Assembly: GCF_001194135.2 (NCBI RefSeq)
Contig: NC_068981.1
Location: 57,658,201 to 57,722,200 of the forward strand
DNA from: Octopus bimaculoides
Lineage: Eukaryota
Direction: 5' to 3'
Length of the DNA: 64,000 nt
Shown in pieces: positions 23,946 through 54,100 of the stretch; within the stretch, counting starts at the first letter, position 1, and each line of letters begins with the position of its first letter. Position numbers and translations under genes: made by a program. The notes beneath the pieces were generated by a model. It saw nothing but the letters and a program-made list of their open reading frames with translations. It ran no database searches and was not told where the DNA came from.

Positions 23946-24504
23946 TATTCATATATATATTCTGTATGTATGACAACTATTCAGACAAATGAAAATACAG
24001 TCTTATTGTTCTATGAGAGTCATGTTACCTCTACAAATGAAAAACTCATGGTTTTTAATGCTTGCCCAAGCTGGGGACTGAACCCAAAACCATGCTGTTG
24101 GGAAGCAAATTTCTTATCACATTGATAAAATCTCAAAATCTTTTTTCTTCCTGATTACTCTGATTCAGGTTATTTCATTGTAAGGCTAGAAATTGAAGTC
24201 TTCAGAAAGAATAGATAAATTATATATGATTTCTGAATCTGCTAAATCTCTTTATTTTTTTTAGTATAAAGGAAAAAGTATAGATTACAATAACGTACAG
24301 ATTTTGTTATGTAATCATAATTGGAATTAAAAATTTGTCCTTACCATTTCCAACTGTTGCTCAATAGATCAATCTTCACCTTGTCTCAGTCTGTCTAATC
24401 AGAGCTGGATAACAGGAAAAAGTCTTCCTTACATTCAGTGCTGACCATGTCGAGCTTGTTTTTACTTTCTTTTGAAATGTTCAATTAATGCATTATTAGA
24501 GGCT

Positions 24505-24665
24505 TTGGTTAAGGTGGTGAGCTAGTGGAATCATTTGCATGATGGGCAAAATGCTTTGCTGAATTTTGTCTGTCTTTATGTTCTGAGTTCAAATCCTGCC
24601 GAAGTCAACTTTGCCTTTCGTCCTTTAGAGTCAATGAAATAAGTACCAGTTGAGGAACGGGGTCA
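24505..24665 (+). mobile_element. Second tRNA-derived SINE family
   Basis: GAGCTAGTGGAATC...CTGAGTTCAAATCCTGCCGAAGTCAACTTTGCCTTTC...AAGTACCAGTTGAG. Related copies lie at about 25175-25330 (+), 30220-30365 (-), 32955-33135 (-), 33190-33350 (-) and 57835-57990 (-). Confidence 0.7.
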
Positions 24666-25419
24666 TCAGAAAGGTTTATTGTAGCTATGATAATGATGTC
24701 TAAGAGTAAATAAGTTTGGATAAAGTGAGTTAGGGAGTAATGTAGAATGAGAGGACAGTCTAGTAAACAGTATGTTTGGTCATCTCTAGAATCTTGTTTT
24801 CAAGAAAACTGATCTGACCTTTCAAGTCAATGATCCCAGAATAGTTGTTTTTGTAAATATTGGCAATGTCTGGGTAGGATTTTTTATTCAAGCTGCAAAA
24901 AAGATGGGATTCTTGTACACATTTATGATCAATTTCTTTTCTTCTTCATTTGGATGATTGTGCACAGAGGTATCCATTTCTGAGGAACAAATGATGAAGA
25001 TCCAGTTATTTCAGCCATGACAATCAGCACAAGTTTGCCATGTAGAGTTTTGTTGCAATAAAAATAGTTTTTGTCATTTCTTTCATTTTTTGACTAGTTT
25101 TCATGTTGGTGATTGAGGTCTCAGAATTTTTATAATTAATGGCCTAATTAATTTAGAAAAGTCAGATGGCAAGCTGACAGATCATTAGCATGCTGAGAAA
25201 ATGCTTAGCAGCATTTCATCTTTTACATTCTGAGTTCAAATTTCACTAAGGTCAACTTTGTCTTTTACCCTCTCAGGGTTGATAAAGTAGGTACCAGTTA
25301 AACTCTGGAGTTGTTATAATCAACGTACTTCTCTAAAATTACTGGCCTTGTGTCAAAATTTGAAATTAATATCCTAATTAATTTAGAAAGAAGCTGAGGA
25401 TAGACAAATGTTGTTTTTT

Positions 25420-25990
25420 GATACTTCAAACATTAACAGAAACATTGTTTAATCTAAATAAGCTCTGCATCTGCACTGATCGATGAATCAGATCCATTAT
25501 ATGTGGAAGAACGACATGTCAATGAAGTAAGTTACACAATTCTGGAGGTTTTCATGGATTTTCACTTTTACTGAATGCTAGTCACTTTGCTCACAACTAT
25601 GAGATAAATGTGTAGCTGGGGTAAATATATTCTCAATTATGAAGCCATTGGATTGTCCAAGGATGATGACAATAGACACAATGAGCTTACATTTTGCTTT
25701 GGGTTACAAATAGATACCTCTTATGGGATGCCACCGTGACTCCTTCACTCCACCATACACCTTTAGAACAGTGGTGGAGGAGAGGGGTTTACTGCACCTA
25801 CAGCTGAATAGAAGAAAATGTTAAAATAGCATAATTTGCCAGTGGATTATGTACTTCAGTTCATGGTGAGCAAGATATTTGGAGGAGCCAAGCTGGTGAC
25901 AGTGAAGTTTTTACTACGGTAGGTATTTCACTCAATTATCACTTCTGTGAGGGTATGTTTGTTTCAGGGCTTTTAACATGGCCTTCACTT
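25420..25990 (-). mobile_element. Highly degenerate CR1/Jockey-group LINE 3' region
   Basis: Minus-strand fragments resemble LINE C-terminal motifs (SFF.H.., YYH..CS). Weak, by-eye similarity only. Confidence 0.3.
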
Positions 25991-26134
25991 GTAGTAATGT
26001 CATAGTTGTTTTATGTTGCTTGAAACTTTTCAGCATTCAAACCTACCATATCTGGCTTAAATATTCTACTTCCTTTATGTTCAAACCATCCAGATCCAGC
26101 CTATCACACCTCCTATACAATTGTAGTAGCGCTG

Positions 26135-26161
26135 TGCGCATGCGTAGTCTCACGCATGCGT
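26135..26161. promoter_or_regulatory. Pair of NRF1-like motifs
   Basis: TGCGCATGCGT (26135-26145) and ACGCATGCGT (26152-26161) resemble the NRF1 consensus GCGCATGCGC. They sit at the start of a CpG-enriched zone (about 26.1-29.4 kb) that includes POFUT1 exon 1. Confidence 0.35.
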
Positions 26162-28230
26162 GGAATTCAACAACCAAGCATTCCCGCTTCTATTCTGTCT
26201 CTTTCTTGCTGGCCAGTGATTGAGCATGGACGTGTTTAGCTGTCTCTCTCCATCTTTCGAACTTACGCTAGACAGCTCGCTCACATCTACATAACAATGT
26301 CCCAACAACCATGCTCACATACACAGAAGCTGTAACAACAAACAAGAGCTAAAAATGTATATATTAACCACCTGAATAAATGTTGTTTAAGTTGATAGTC
26401 TGGAGTTCAGCGTTCCGTTATATTCTTAATTTTATACAGGAACGTCAGGTATACATCTAATGATGTATAACCCACTTTCCTATACAATCATCATCATTTA
26501 ACATCCGCTTTCCATTCTGGCACGGTTTGGACAGTTTGACAGAAGCTGGCTAGGCAGAAGACTGCACCGGGCTTCAGTGTCTGTTTTGTCATGGTTTTTA
26601 TGGCTGGATGCTCTTCCTAACGCCAACATTCTAAAAATAAGATCCGAAAAGCTGCAAGATAATGCATGATTAATTCAAAATAATGCGAACAAATAAGCAT
26701 TGCATTTGACAGAGTAATCCAAATGCTAAAATGATAAAACATTTTTGAACTGAACACTAGTGTCTCCCGATGTGGTGTATAATTAAGAAAGTGTACAAGC
26801 TTTATTATTACTTTTTTTGTCCCGTTTTTAATATTGTTGTTCGTTTACTTTGGTAAATTGTATTATCTAATAGGTTTAAAATTAATTAATAAAACAATCC
26901 CATTTATCTAAGGTAATAGAAATAAGTTTTTAAATTATAGAAAGTAAAAAATATATACTGACATGTAGTGAGCAGAAATCAAAAATTAACTTCTGCCAAG
27001 CACTTATAATTCAATCAAAGTATCTGTAACGAAGAGGTCCGAAAATCTGACGATGATGTGTTGGTTGGAGTTATCGGACGTAACTGATGACGATGAGGAT
27101 GATTCTTGCAGAGTATGTCTTCTTGTTGAAAAGTGTGTAACTGAAAGGTGAAGTTTCAAGCAACATGATTTATTTTCGTTACATTTACGATTATAAATCA
27201 ACCACGTTGGATCGATGAAAATCAACATATAATTTTAACTGTATGCATTTGTTGACAATCTACTTAGTCTTGTGTGGTGTGTGACATGTGATAGAAAGGG
27301 TAATCTAAATGTGGTAGGCATGACAATTAGATAGATAAATCAAGTGTGAGTAGATGTATGTCAGTGTGAAAGAAATGAATGGGGGAGAAAGGAGAGATGA
27401 TAACAGTAGTTTTCATTTGACCCAGTGACATCGTTTCTTGTTCAGCCCCCAAACTGTCTGCAACAGGCTGCCACGATCGCTAGCAGGGAACTGACCCCTT
27501 TGGCTGGTCAGTTGATCGTATTTATAACAGTCTGCAGCCGATAGAAAGATGGACAAACCTTAGCTAAATATTCAGGTCAGATCTGGTTCATCTGAATTTA
27601 ATTTCACCTAGCTGGTAATTAAAAACTCATCAATCATTGTTTTAATTGACAGGATAAGTTTTTCCGCGCTACAAACTGATTTGGCGGGCAAAAGTGCGAC
27701 CAGTAATTTTAAAATGCAGTTTCAAATCTCAGGCGATAGAACTGATATTCGTTCTTTATATGTCCACAAAGAAAGTCAGATTTATTATTTTATTCTTAAT
27801 TTTTAAGGACAGAAGAAATTAGTGATATTAGAGTTATTTCCCTTGATCTACACATTCTCTTCGCGCAGTTCCCTGCCATTTTTAGTCAACTGGTATCGAA
27901 CGGAACATAAAATATGTGGGTGCGTCTTCGTCAAACAGATGTATAATTTATTTAGTTATTGCGATAAACACCTGTCTAACTGATTAATTCCCCTTGATCA
28001 CTGTTTTGTATCGATTACACTATGAAGTTTTACATATCGAAGTTCCCGCTGTCATGCAACCTGTCGAGAATCACACCCTCACGGAAGCTGTTTCACATAT
28101 AACCTAACAAAACACTCGAAAAACAATTTTTATTTATTGCTGCAGTTTCGGTTTCTTCCCCTGTTATTTATATATTATACCACCAATCCTGTTATTGAAC
28201 TGATTTGGAAGAGAAATACCTCAGAGCGGC

Positions 28231-45808
<17,578 letters not shown>

Positions 45809-48132
45809 ATTAGTAAAAAAAAATAAATAAAAATTGCTGATTGAACTTTTCAAGACACTTTTTTCAAATACCAAAGGAATAAAATGCTATATTTTTTTAC
45901 TTGATAAAGTCCTGTCATGCTAACATCTGCACACATATCAATAAGGAACCGATAACTAGTATTATTTAATCCAGTTCCCCCCTTCTTACTTAGCTAGAGA
46001 ATACGAAGTCTTTAGAGGTACTACAAAGTTGTTCAATAAATTCTATTGCTGCAGAACAGTGAAAGAGTGAAATTGAACTTCTAAAAGTTGTAACAAAAAC
46101 TTAGAGACATGCTACAAATCAGTGTCATTGATTTTGTTTCCTTTTTATCATAGGGACATAAGTTGTTTCGTTCCAAGCCAAGTTCAAAAACATTCCGGCT
46201 ATGCTCCTCCCATAGTTTTTTTCTAGGACTATATTATCCAATGTGTTTTTTCAAGTTTTACGGCAGTAGGGCTTGATTTGAAAGAGATTTTCTGCTATTT
46301 CTGATAATTCAAACAAATCTGGAAGCACTTTTTTTGTAAGCTTATTAAAGTTACAAGGTGGTGTTACTTAGCCTTTTATCACCGCTGAACAAGAAAACTA
46401 ATGTGGTTATCATGTCCTTTCACCGACATGTAGGAATACATTATATACAATGTATTTCATTTTTCAAAAGTGTAACAAGATAGAAATATGGCTGCTGTTT
46501 CTATCAACTTGAGCAACAAAATAGAGGCTTCTTAATTCGAGTCATAAGTGATACAAGTGAATCCAGTGACCTATTGTTAGGTTGCATGACAGTAATATAA
46601 TATTGAGCACCCTATTATTACAGATACACATTTCCCTCACTATCCCCAAATTTCTTCACTAGGTCATTATGATAGATGATTTCCAACACACTTTAAAACA
46701 GGATTCTAGCAGTGTGGAATATCAAAATTCTGACACAATTTTTATCAAACAGAATCATATTACAAGTAGGCAACTCATTGCATGTATTTAGTAAGCTAAC
46801 AGGGGATGTCTATATGGCTGGTTACCCTGTAAGAAATAGCAGTCAGGTATCTTTCAAATCACCCTATCTTAAAAGATAGAAAAATAAAACAGAGTGGTTG
46901 CGATTGGAATGCTCCTGATCATAGGTGTGATTTATCAGGGCTGATGTAAGGCCAAACAAATTTCAGTTCTAGTAATAGATTTCAGATCTTCAGTTTAAAC
47001 ACACATTTGTTACTTATACATGTCGGTCTTGCATAAAATCATGCATAATATAAGTGCCTTTGTAAACATATATTCATTCATCTCTAACACAGATGAAAGA
47101 AAAGTTTGAAATAAAACAAAAATTCATATTAGGAAAAAGAAGGTAAACAACTTTTGAAACATTGATAAAATTTATTCCATTTCTCAATTTGAATCATATT
47201 TACAGCCACAATGATCTGTGTTTTGCAGAATATTAGTTATGAGAAATAAGTAGAAACAGTGAAATCGATTCCTGATGAAAATTTATCAGTCTCTTGTATC
47301 TCTTGAAATAAAAACTAAAAATCAAAACTTTTATGAGAAATCCTTTAGTTTTCTTTTATTCATAATTGATGTAGTTTTCTAAGTGGTTTATAAATTGCTT
47401 TTTAAATTAACTACGAAGATATAGACTTATAGAAAATAATTTTCAGAAACTGAAATCATTCTGAGAATTGAAATACAGTTGGTTCCATTTTCCAAAATGC
47501 TCTGCTTTACATAGAAATTTTGTACTTTCGTTTTTTAAGGATTAAATTTCCCTTTTTACTCATAGTTTGATATAGTCTTGAGTTCTCTTCTAATGGCATG
47601 GAAAATCTATAAAAATTAGTGAACCTTCTACCAAATAAATTCTAGTTAATTCTTCATTTCAAACAAATTATAGTCTCATAAATTTTAGCTTCTGATTGTC
47701 TTAACTGTTCAGAATTATTAATTTCATAAATTCTAAAACACAGTAAAATTCTGGTCATTATTATTAAAACTTCAACTTTCCTGATCATTTTGATACTGAT
47801 TATTGCTTAATCACTGCACATGCTCAATTTGTGTGTGATGTGAATATGTATAGAAAATAGTTTTATATAAAAACAAACCAGGAACATGTATTGAGCTTCA
47901 TATGTGCAATAAAAACAGTACTATACACCATATTTTTCTTTTTAAGATAGAGACTATCCTAATGAATAGGTTTTGAATCACAAAGGGGTCTATCTGCATC
48001 ACAATGTTTACAGATCATAAATTTTAAAAAATACTTTTTCTTGATATATATCTCATTTCATTACAGTTGCTTTCATATCCGTGAAGGTAAACAATTTTTT
48101 TTATTACTAAGAACAGAAATCAAAGTCAAGCT

Positions 48133-51100
48133 TTAGTTCAAATTAATTTCACTTTCTGTTGAACAAATACCCTCTTGTTTGAGACGTTTGAGAATGGGGC
48201 TGTAAATATCTGGTGATAAGGGTACAACGATTCCTTTTTTCTGAATTTCACCTGCAAACAATGAAATGTTACATTAGTTTAAATCTAAAGACAGGAGAAG
48301 AGTCAAGTATGAATATATTACAAGTATGAATACAGTTATTTTGTTTTTATCAGAATATCTTGGTAAATCTGATGAACTTAGTTTAGTCTCTTTTTCAATA
48401 CAATATTTTGTACATAGCTTACGTGACACCTATATTATTTCTAGGGATATATACTAGTTTTTTTTTTAAAGTTCTTTCAGCTAAGATATATAACATGAAT
48501 CTTAGGGTAGTAAAAATGGGCCCACAACAAAGGATATTAGTGAAGTAAGAATGCTGTAATGGTGAAACTTCACTGTTGGGAGCCCATTTTTATAATAATT
48601 CTGGTAGTATTCATTTTCAATAGCCTATACAAAGATGCAACTTCTTACAGCACTAAGCAAACAATCTATCTTTTCTACAAAAGCTAGATTACATCCTATA
48701 TATATATATATAAGAATAGAGATACGAGATTTCTTACTTGTTTTAGAAAAGAATAAACTAACTTAAATGTGCAATAAGAATCAGACTCAGAAATTTATGA
48801 AGGGGGAATGATTTGGATTTGTAATGTAGGTAGATAAACATATGCTGAATAATGGAATGTATGAGCTAGGAACTGACAATAGCAATAGTAAATGTAGACC
48901 AAGTAAAACACTATATGAGAGAATAATGGCTCCTGGAAAAAAGCCACTGGAAATATAAAACTACTTGTTCTATAAATCAATATAACTCAGCTGTTGTATT
49001 GGGATGCACACTGCTCATGATAAGTACAGAAGAATAGTAACTTTGTCTATTTATGTTGTGGCCACCATCAGAATGAGGAGGAACATACAAGTGGCTATCT
49101 GACTTGCTAGAAATAACAGCCAAATCCCCATCAAACCCATACCTTGGTGTCTTAAAAAGAAAATACACTAGATAATGTTAAGTAGATGCACATGGTAAGA
49201 ATGTCAAAGGTATTTTAGCAGCTTGCTCAGTCAGAGCTAATGTGTGGCTGAACTACAACAGGCATACAGAAACGGAATGTAAGGTAGAGACAGTAAATAC
49301 ATGTCCAGTCTGTCACACTGTATCGATATCATTAACTACAGTATATTAGTATATATGCTCCATTGGATGTGTAATGTCAATGTGAATACCCGTCAGAGTG
49401 TAAGTATCTTGAGAGAAAAGCTGAACATTAGAAGCATCAGTTGTGGTGTGCAAGAGAGACGATTGCGCTGGTATGGACATGTGGTGAGAATGGATGAGGA
49501 TAGCTGCGTGAAAAAGTGCCACACCCTAACAGTTGAGGGAACCCGTGGAAGAGGTAGGCCTAGGAAGACCTGGGCTGAGGTGGTGAGGCAAGACCATCGT
49601 ACATTGGGCCTCACCGAGGCGATGACTACTGACCGAGACCTTTGGAAATGTGCTGTGCGTGAGAAGACCCGGCAAGCCAAGTAAGATCGTTGCCAGTGCC
49701 CCTGGACTGGCTCTTGTGCGGGTGGCACATGAGATGCACCATTTTGAGCGTGGCCGTTGCCAGTACCGCCTGACTGGCTCCATTTCGAGCGGGTGACACG
49801 TAAAAGCACCCACTACACTCTCTGAGTGGTTGGCGTTAGGAAGGGCATCTAGCTGTAGAAACTCTGCCAAATTAGATTGGAGCCTGGTGTTGCCATCCGG
49901 TTTCACCAGTCCTCAGTCAAATCGTCCAACCCATGCTAGCATGGAAAGCGGACGTTAAACGATGATGATGATGATGATTGTGAGGTCAACTGAGACACGA
50001 TATAGCCAGAACAATAAATTTTGGAAAGCACCTAGTCATTTGACTGACCACCTGAATACCATAGGTTTACTCAATTAGAGCTCACTGAGGACAACACAAC
50101 AATTAAGCTGTTGACAGTCAATATTTTTTGGCTTCAAGTGGCATGCTTGTAAAACTGATTTGACCCCTATAATCCTTTTAATACATGTTCAAGACCAAAA
50201 TTTATACTAAAATAGACTGGAGTAAATATTCTTCAGTATGTTCTTTCTACTACAGCCTTTGGGTTGAAACGTATAAAAGAATAAAATTTGTTAAGAGGCT
50301 TACTTTCCAGAACCATCTTGGTAGCAATAGCACATGGTAGACCAACAGTTTTTGCCATAGCTGATGATCCATTTGAGTCACCATACACACAAAGTCCAAT
50401 GTTTCGTAAAACACGGGTTTTATCAGGCCAAGTAAATTCAATCTGATGACGCATCAATAAAACATCACGTTCTCCTTTTTCTAAAAATATAATTTGTAAA
50501 ATTTTAATATTGTAAAAGAAAGAATTTTAAGCAAAATAGCAAATCAAAAAACTGAAAACTAGATCAAAAGAACTGCTAAAAAGAATAGCAAATCAAAAGA
50601 CATAAAACTAGATTAACTGAAATTGAAAATATGTAATATATTTTTACAGTACTTACGGTATGATAATCGCTTTGCCAAATAGTTAGAGATTGTGTCCAAG
50701 GGGCTCCCTCTTTTGTCAATTAATTCTTCTTCTAGGAGACCAAGACTAAGTAACCACAAGAGAACACACAAATATTTTAAAAATAAGTTACACACAATGT
50801 ATTCAACACAGATATTTTCAGAGAGAGAAAAAGATTTATATGCTTACTAATATGTTGCAGCAATATGTGCAATGGCAATATGCCAACAACACCAAAAGGA
50901 ATTCACTCACCACTACAAACTAACAGTTTCCAATTGCTATATGATTTACAAGACGACCACACAAAAAGCAAATGTGCATCACATGATATGCAAACTCACA
51001 CATCTTAACAGCAGCAGAGCTTTCATGATTGCTTTGTAAATAGCATTCCCATTGATAAAGCCACAATATTTGTTGCCCATTTTGCTTCAAATTCTATGCA

Positions 51101-54100
51101 ATGCACACCTCTCAGGATCACTTTTTCCGTTTCATTTATCTTACTACCACATATAAAATCTTTTCTAATCTCTTTAATGCAATATGATGACAAGTGCATT
51201 TATCATTATCCTTAAATAGTGCACTACAGCTTACCATATTTCTAATCCTCTTTATAAAGGAACCTATCCCTAATTACGGAAACTTAACTAAAGTATGTCC
51301 TGTTACTAATTATACCAACTAACAGTCAACCACCCTCACTTCAAACATCTGGAAAATGATGGAAATGATTGTAAATAATAACCTCCTTTATTTCTTTCCG
51401 TTTTCAATGACCACTAATATGGATTCCATAGAGCTGGAAGTACCAGAGATCTGCTCTCCTACATCATATATCAATGGTCTTTTGATCTTGAGAAGATCAA
51501 CAAAAGCAACACTAGACTTTGGTCTTAGTTAACCAACAAAGCTTTCAAAAGTGTCTGTCTCAAAACCCTATAGCTGTGTCACTCATCTTTTGAGTTGTAA
51601 GAAACATTTCATTGTAGAGCATTCATTAGGACTTTCTCAGACCCACTATTTATCAACAGTCAGTATGATTACCCACAGTAGTAACTCATAAAAAGTATAA
51701 TACAACAAGATAAGAAATTGTAATGCAATAAAGTCACTAGAATATGATATTGATACAGAGAAATTAATAGCTTTTATCGAAATAAATGGTAACACTTACT
51801 CTTCAATAAAAGCCAGACGTTCAGCATTACATTCAAGTCTTCCATAAATGAGATCTCTGAGTGAGTCCACAAGAATGTCAGGGGATTTCCCCATCAATTC
51901 ACACATATAGGCTTTCTGAAAATTAAACACACAAAAGACAAATAACTGCATTTCCAGAGACCCAAAATATTTGATTCTGAACAATTACTAATTCTACAGA
52001 CTATATATTACAATTAATGGCAGGTGTTTGAGGGTACTTAAAACATATCCCAATTATCAGGATTATAAGCAGATGAGAACACATTTCCTCCATGATATAG
52101 CATATTAGCTTATGATAGATTTATGTATTTAGCAAGATTTGAGCCAAGTAGCTTCAAGATAATGAAACCGTCATCAATTACTGCTTTCACAGTTTACAGT
52201 GATTATTTATCTTTGTTCATATGTGTGTAGCCTTTCTCAAAAATATACAATACTGCATATGCATTGGACTATACATAACTCATTCATCTTTAGTCATTGC
52301 AGACTCTTCATTTAGTGCCTAATCTTATGTTATGCTATATAACTGTAAAATCACTTGTTTTCTGGCAACCATGCTCTCTCTGTGGAAAACACATGCTCTT
52401 TTCTGCGAAGAAAAGATTTCAGAAAAATCTTTGTGGAAAAGATTTGGTTTGCCTTTAGTATCTAGAAAGAAATTCCACTGTTAAAAGAAATAATGTTTCT
52501 CTGAATGTCTTCACTCAAGTTCTTCACTTTTATGAGATCTTCCTCCAGCATTAATTTATAGTTAGTAAAATTTATATATTACTTTCTGTAGTACCTTTGA
52601 ACAGTCAATACAATTCCATTGTATCTAAAAGTCTAGTACTTTATTAGTCAGCATTCTGCACATCTAATATTTCTACTGATAATCAAATTACTAGTATAAT
52701 AAACTCCAATAGCTTACCCAAGTAATTGGGGGTCCATTTTCATGTAAGTGAGGGCATTCCCTAGATTGCAACAATCCAAGTTGTAGAAGAGCTTTGGCAT
52801 GGTTTGAAAACCCCTAGAATTACAAAACAGTTTCTTTGTTTTTAAAAATTAAAAATTCAGACTGATGGGCAGCTAGGCAGAAGACTGCATCAGAAACAGA
52901 AGTCTGGTGTAGTCTTTTGTCTGGTCGGCTCTTGTCAAACTGTCCAACCCATGCCAACATGGAAGGCGGACATTAAATGATGATGATGATGATGATGTCA
53001 GTTTAAATGTTAAATCATTGTTGGAAGGGTTTTACAAATCTTTCTATTCAGAATAGAAAGTATGTTGACATGGTGAGAAATGTTAAGGATACGTATGTGG
53101 ATGAAGTGACAATGAAAGTATATGTAGAATTAAGAAATATTTGGTGAAACCTGGATTAATAGTGTTTTAGAGATCTTGAGCAAAGAGAAGTAATTGAGCA
53201 GAAACCTCTAATTAGTGTACTACTAAAATATACAAGTATTTAAAAGGAAATTATTTTAACTAGCAGGACCCGTGAATATTTCATGGAATTAATGGTACAC
53301 CTGTTGGGTTATTTCTGAAAACTTTATCCAAAAATCTGAAAGCACATGGTTCCTTTGATGCGAAATTGAGCATCATCAATGTCATACCGATCAATGATTA
53401 CTTAATGCACTTTATATATACACTTTGTATACTTTATGCACAATTTTATGAACTTAATATTCACTCTTATTTTTCCGTTTTTCTCATAAACAAAAACATC
53501 CTGTACATATGATACAACCTTTAGCTAAATTGCATATATCTACCAAGTAAATAAGCATGAATATTTCATGGAATTGCATTTAAGCTTGCGTTCAGTGACA
53601 GGTAATATAAAAAACTTAATTCAGTTAAAAAAAAAACACTTTTCACTATCCAATCACTACCACCATCTCCACCCACTCTCTTTGCTTTTCTTTAACCTCT
53701 CCATCAGACATCACCCCCTCTGCTAGAATTATACTTTTAACTCTCCTTCTCTACCTTCAATTAACTTTTAACCATGTAATAAATATTACATTCTCCCTAC
53801 CTCACATCATGGATGCTTCTCTCTCCCTCTTTTTCTTTCTCCTCTCTTTCCCTTCAACTAATCACATGAAAATGTTACAATTACATTCCTTTTACCTCAT
53901 GTCATGGACGCTTCTCTTTCCCTAATCACATGAAAGCATTACCGACAGGTTAAGTAATGCAATGATAAGCAGAATTATTATAAGATTAAAGAAATAGATG
54001 AAGGTGAGTAAGAAAGTAATGCAATTTTCATTTGCATTACTTTCTAACTCACCCTTGTAATAATGAACCATCATCAAAGTTACTAAACAGTTTAAAACTT

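Noticed and set aside
27040-27150. Acidic stretch followed by CRVC (DDDEDDSCRVC), PHD-like
   Set aside because: Short, no further Cys/His pattern and no splice support.
27483-27877. 11-bp inverted repeat GCAGGGAACTG / CAGTTCCCTGC upstream of POFUT1
   Set aside because: Too short, with no TSD; plausible by chance.
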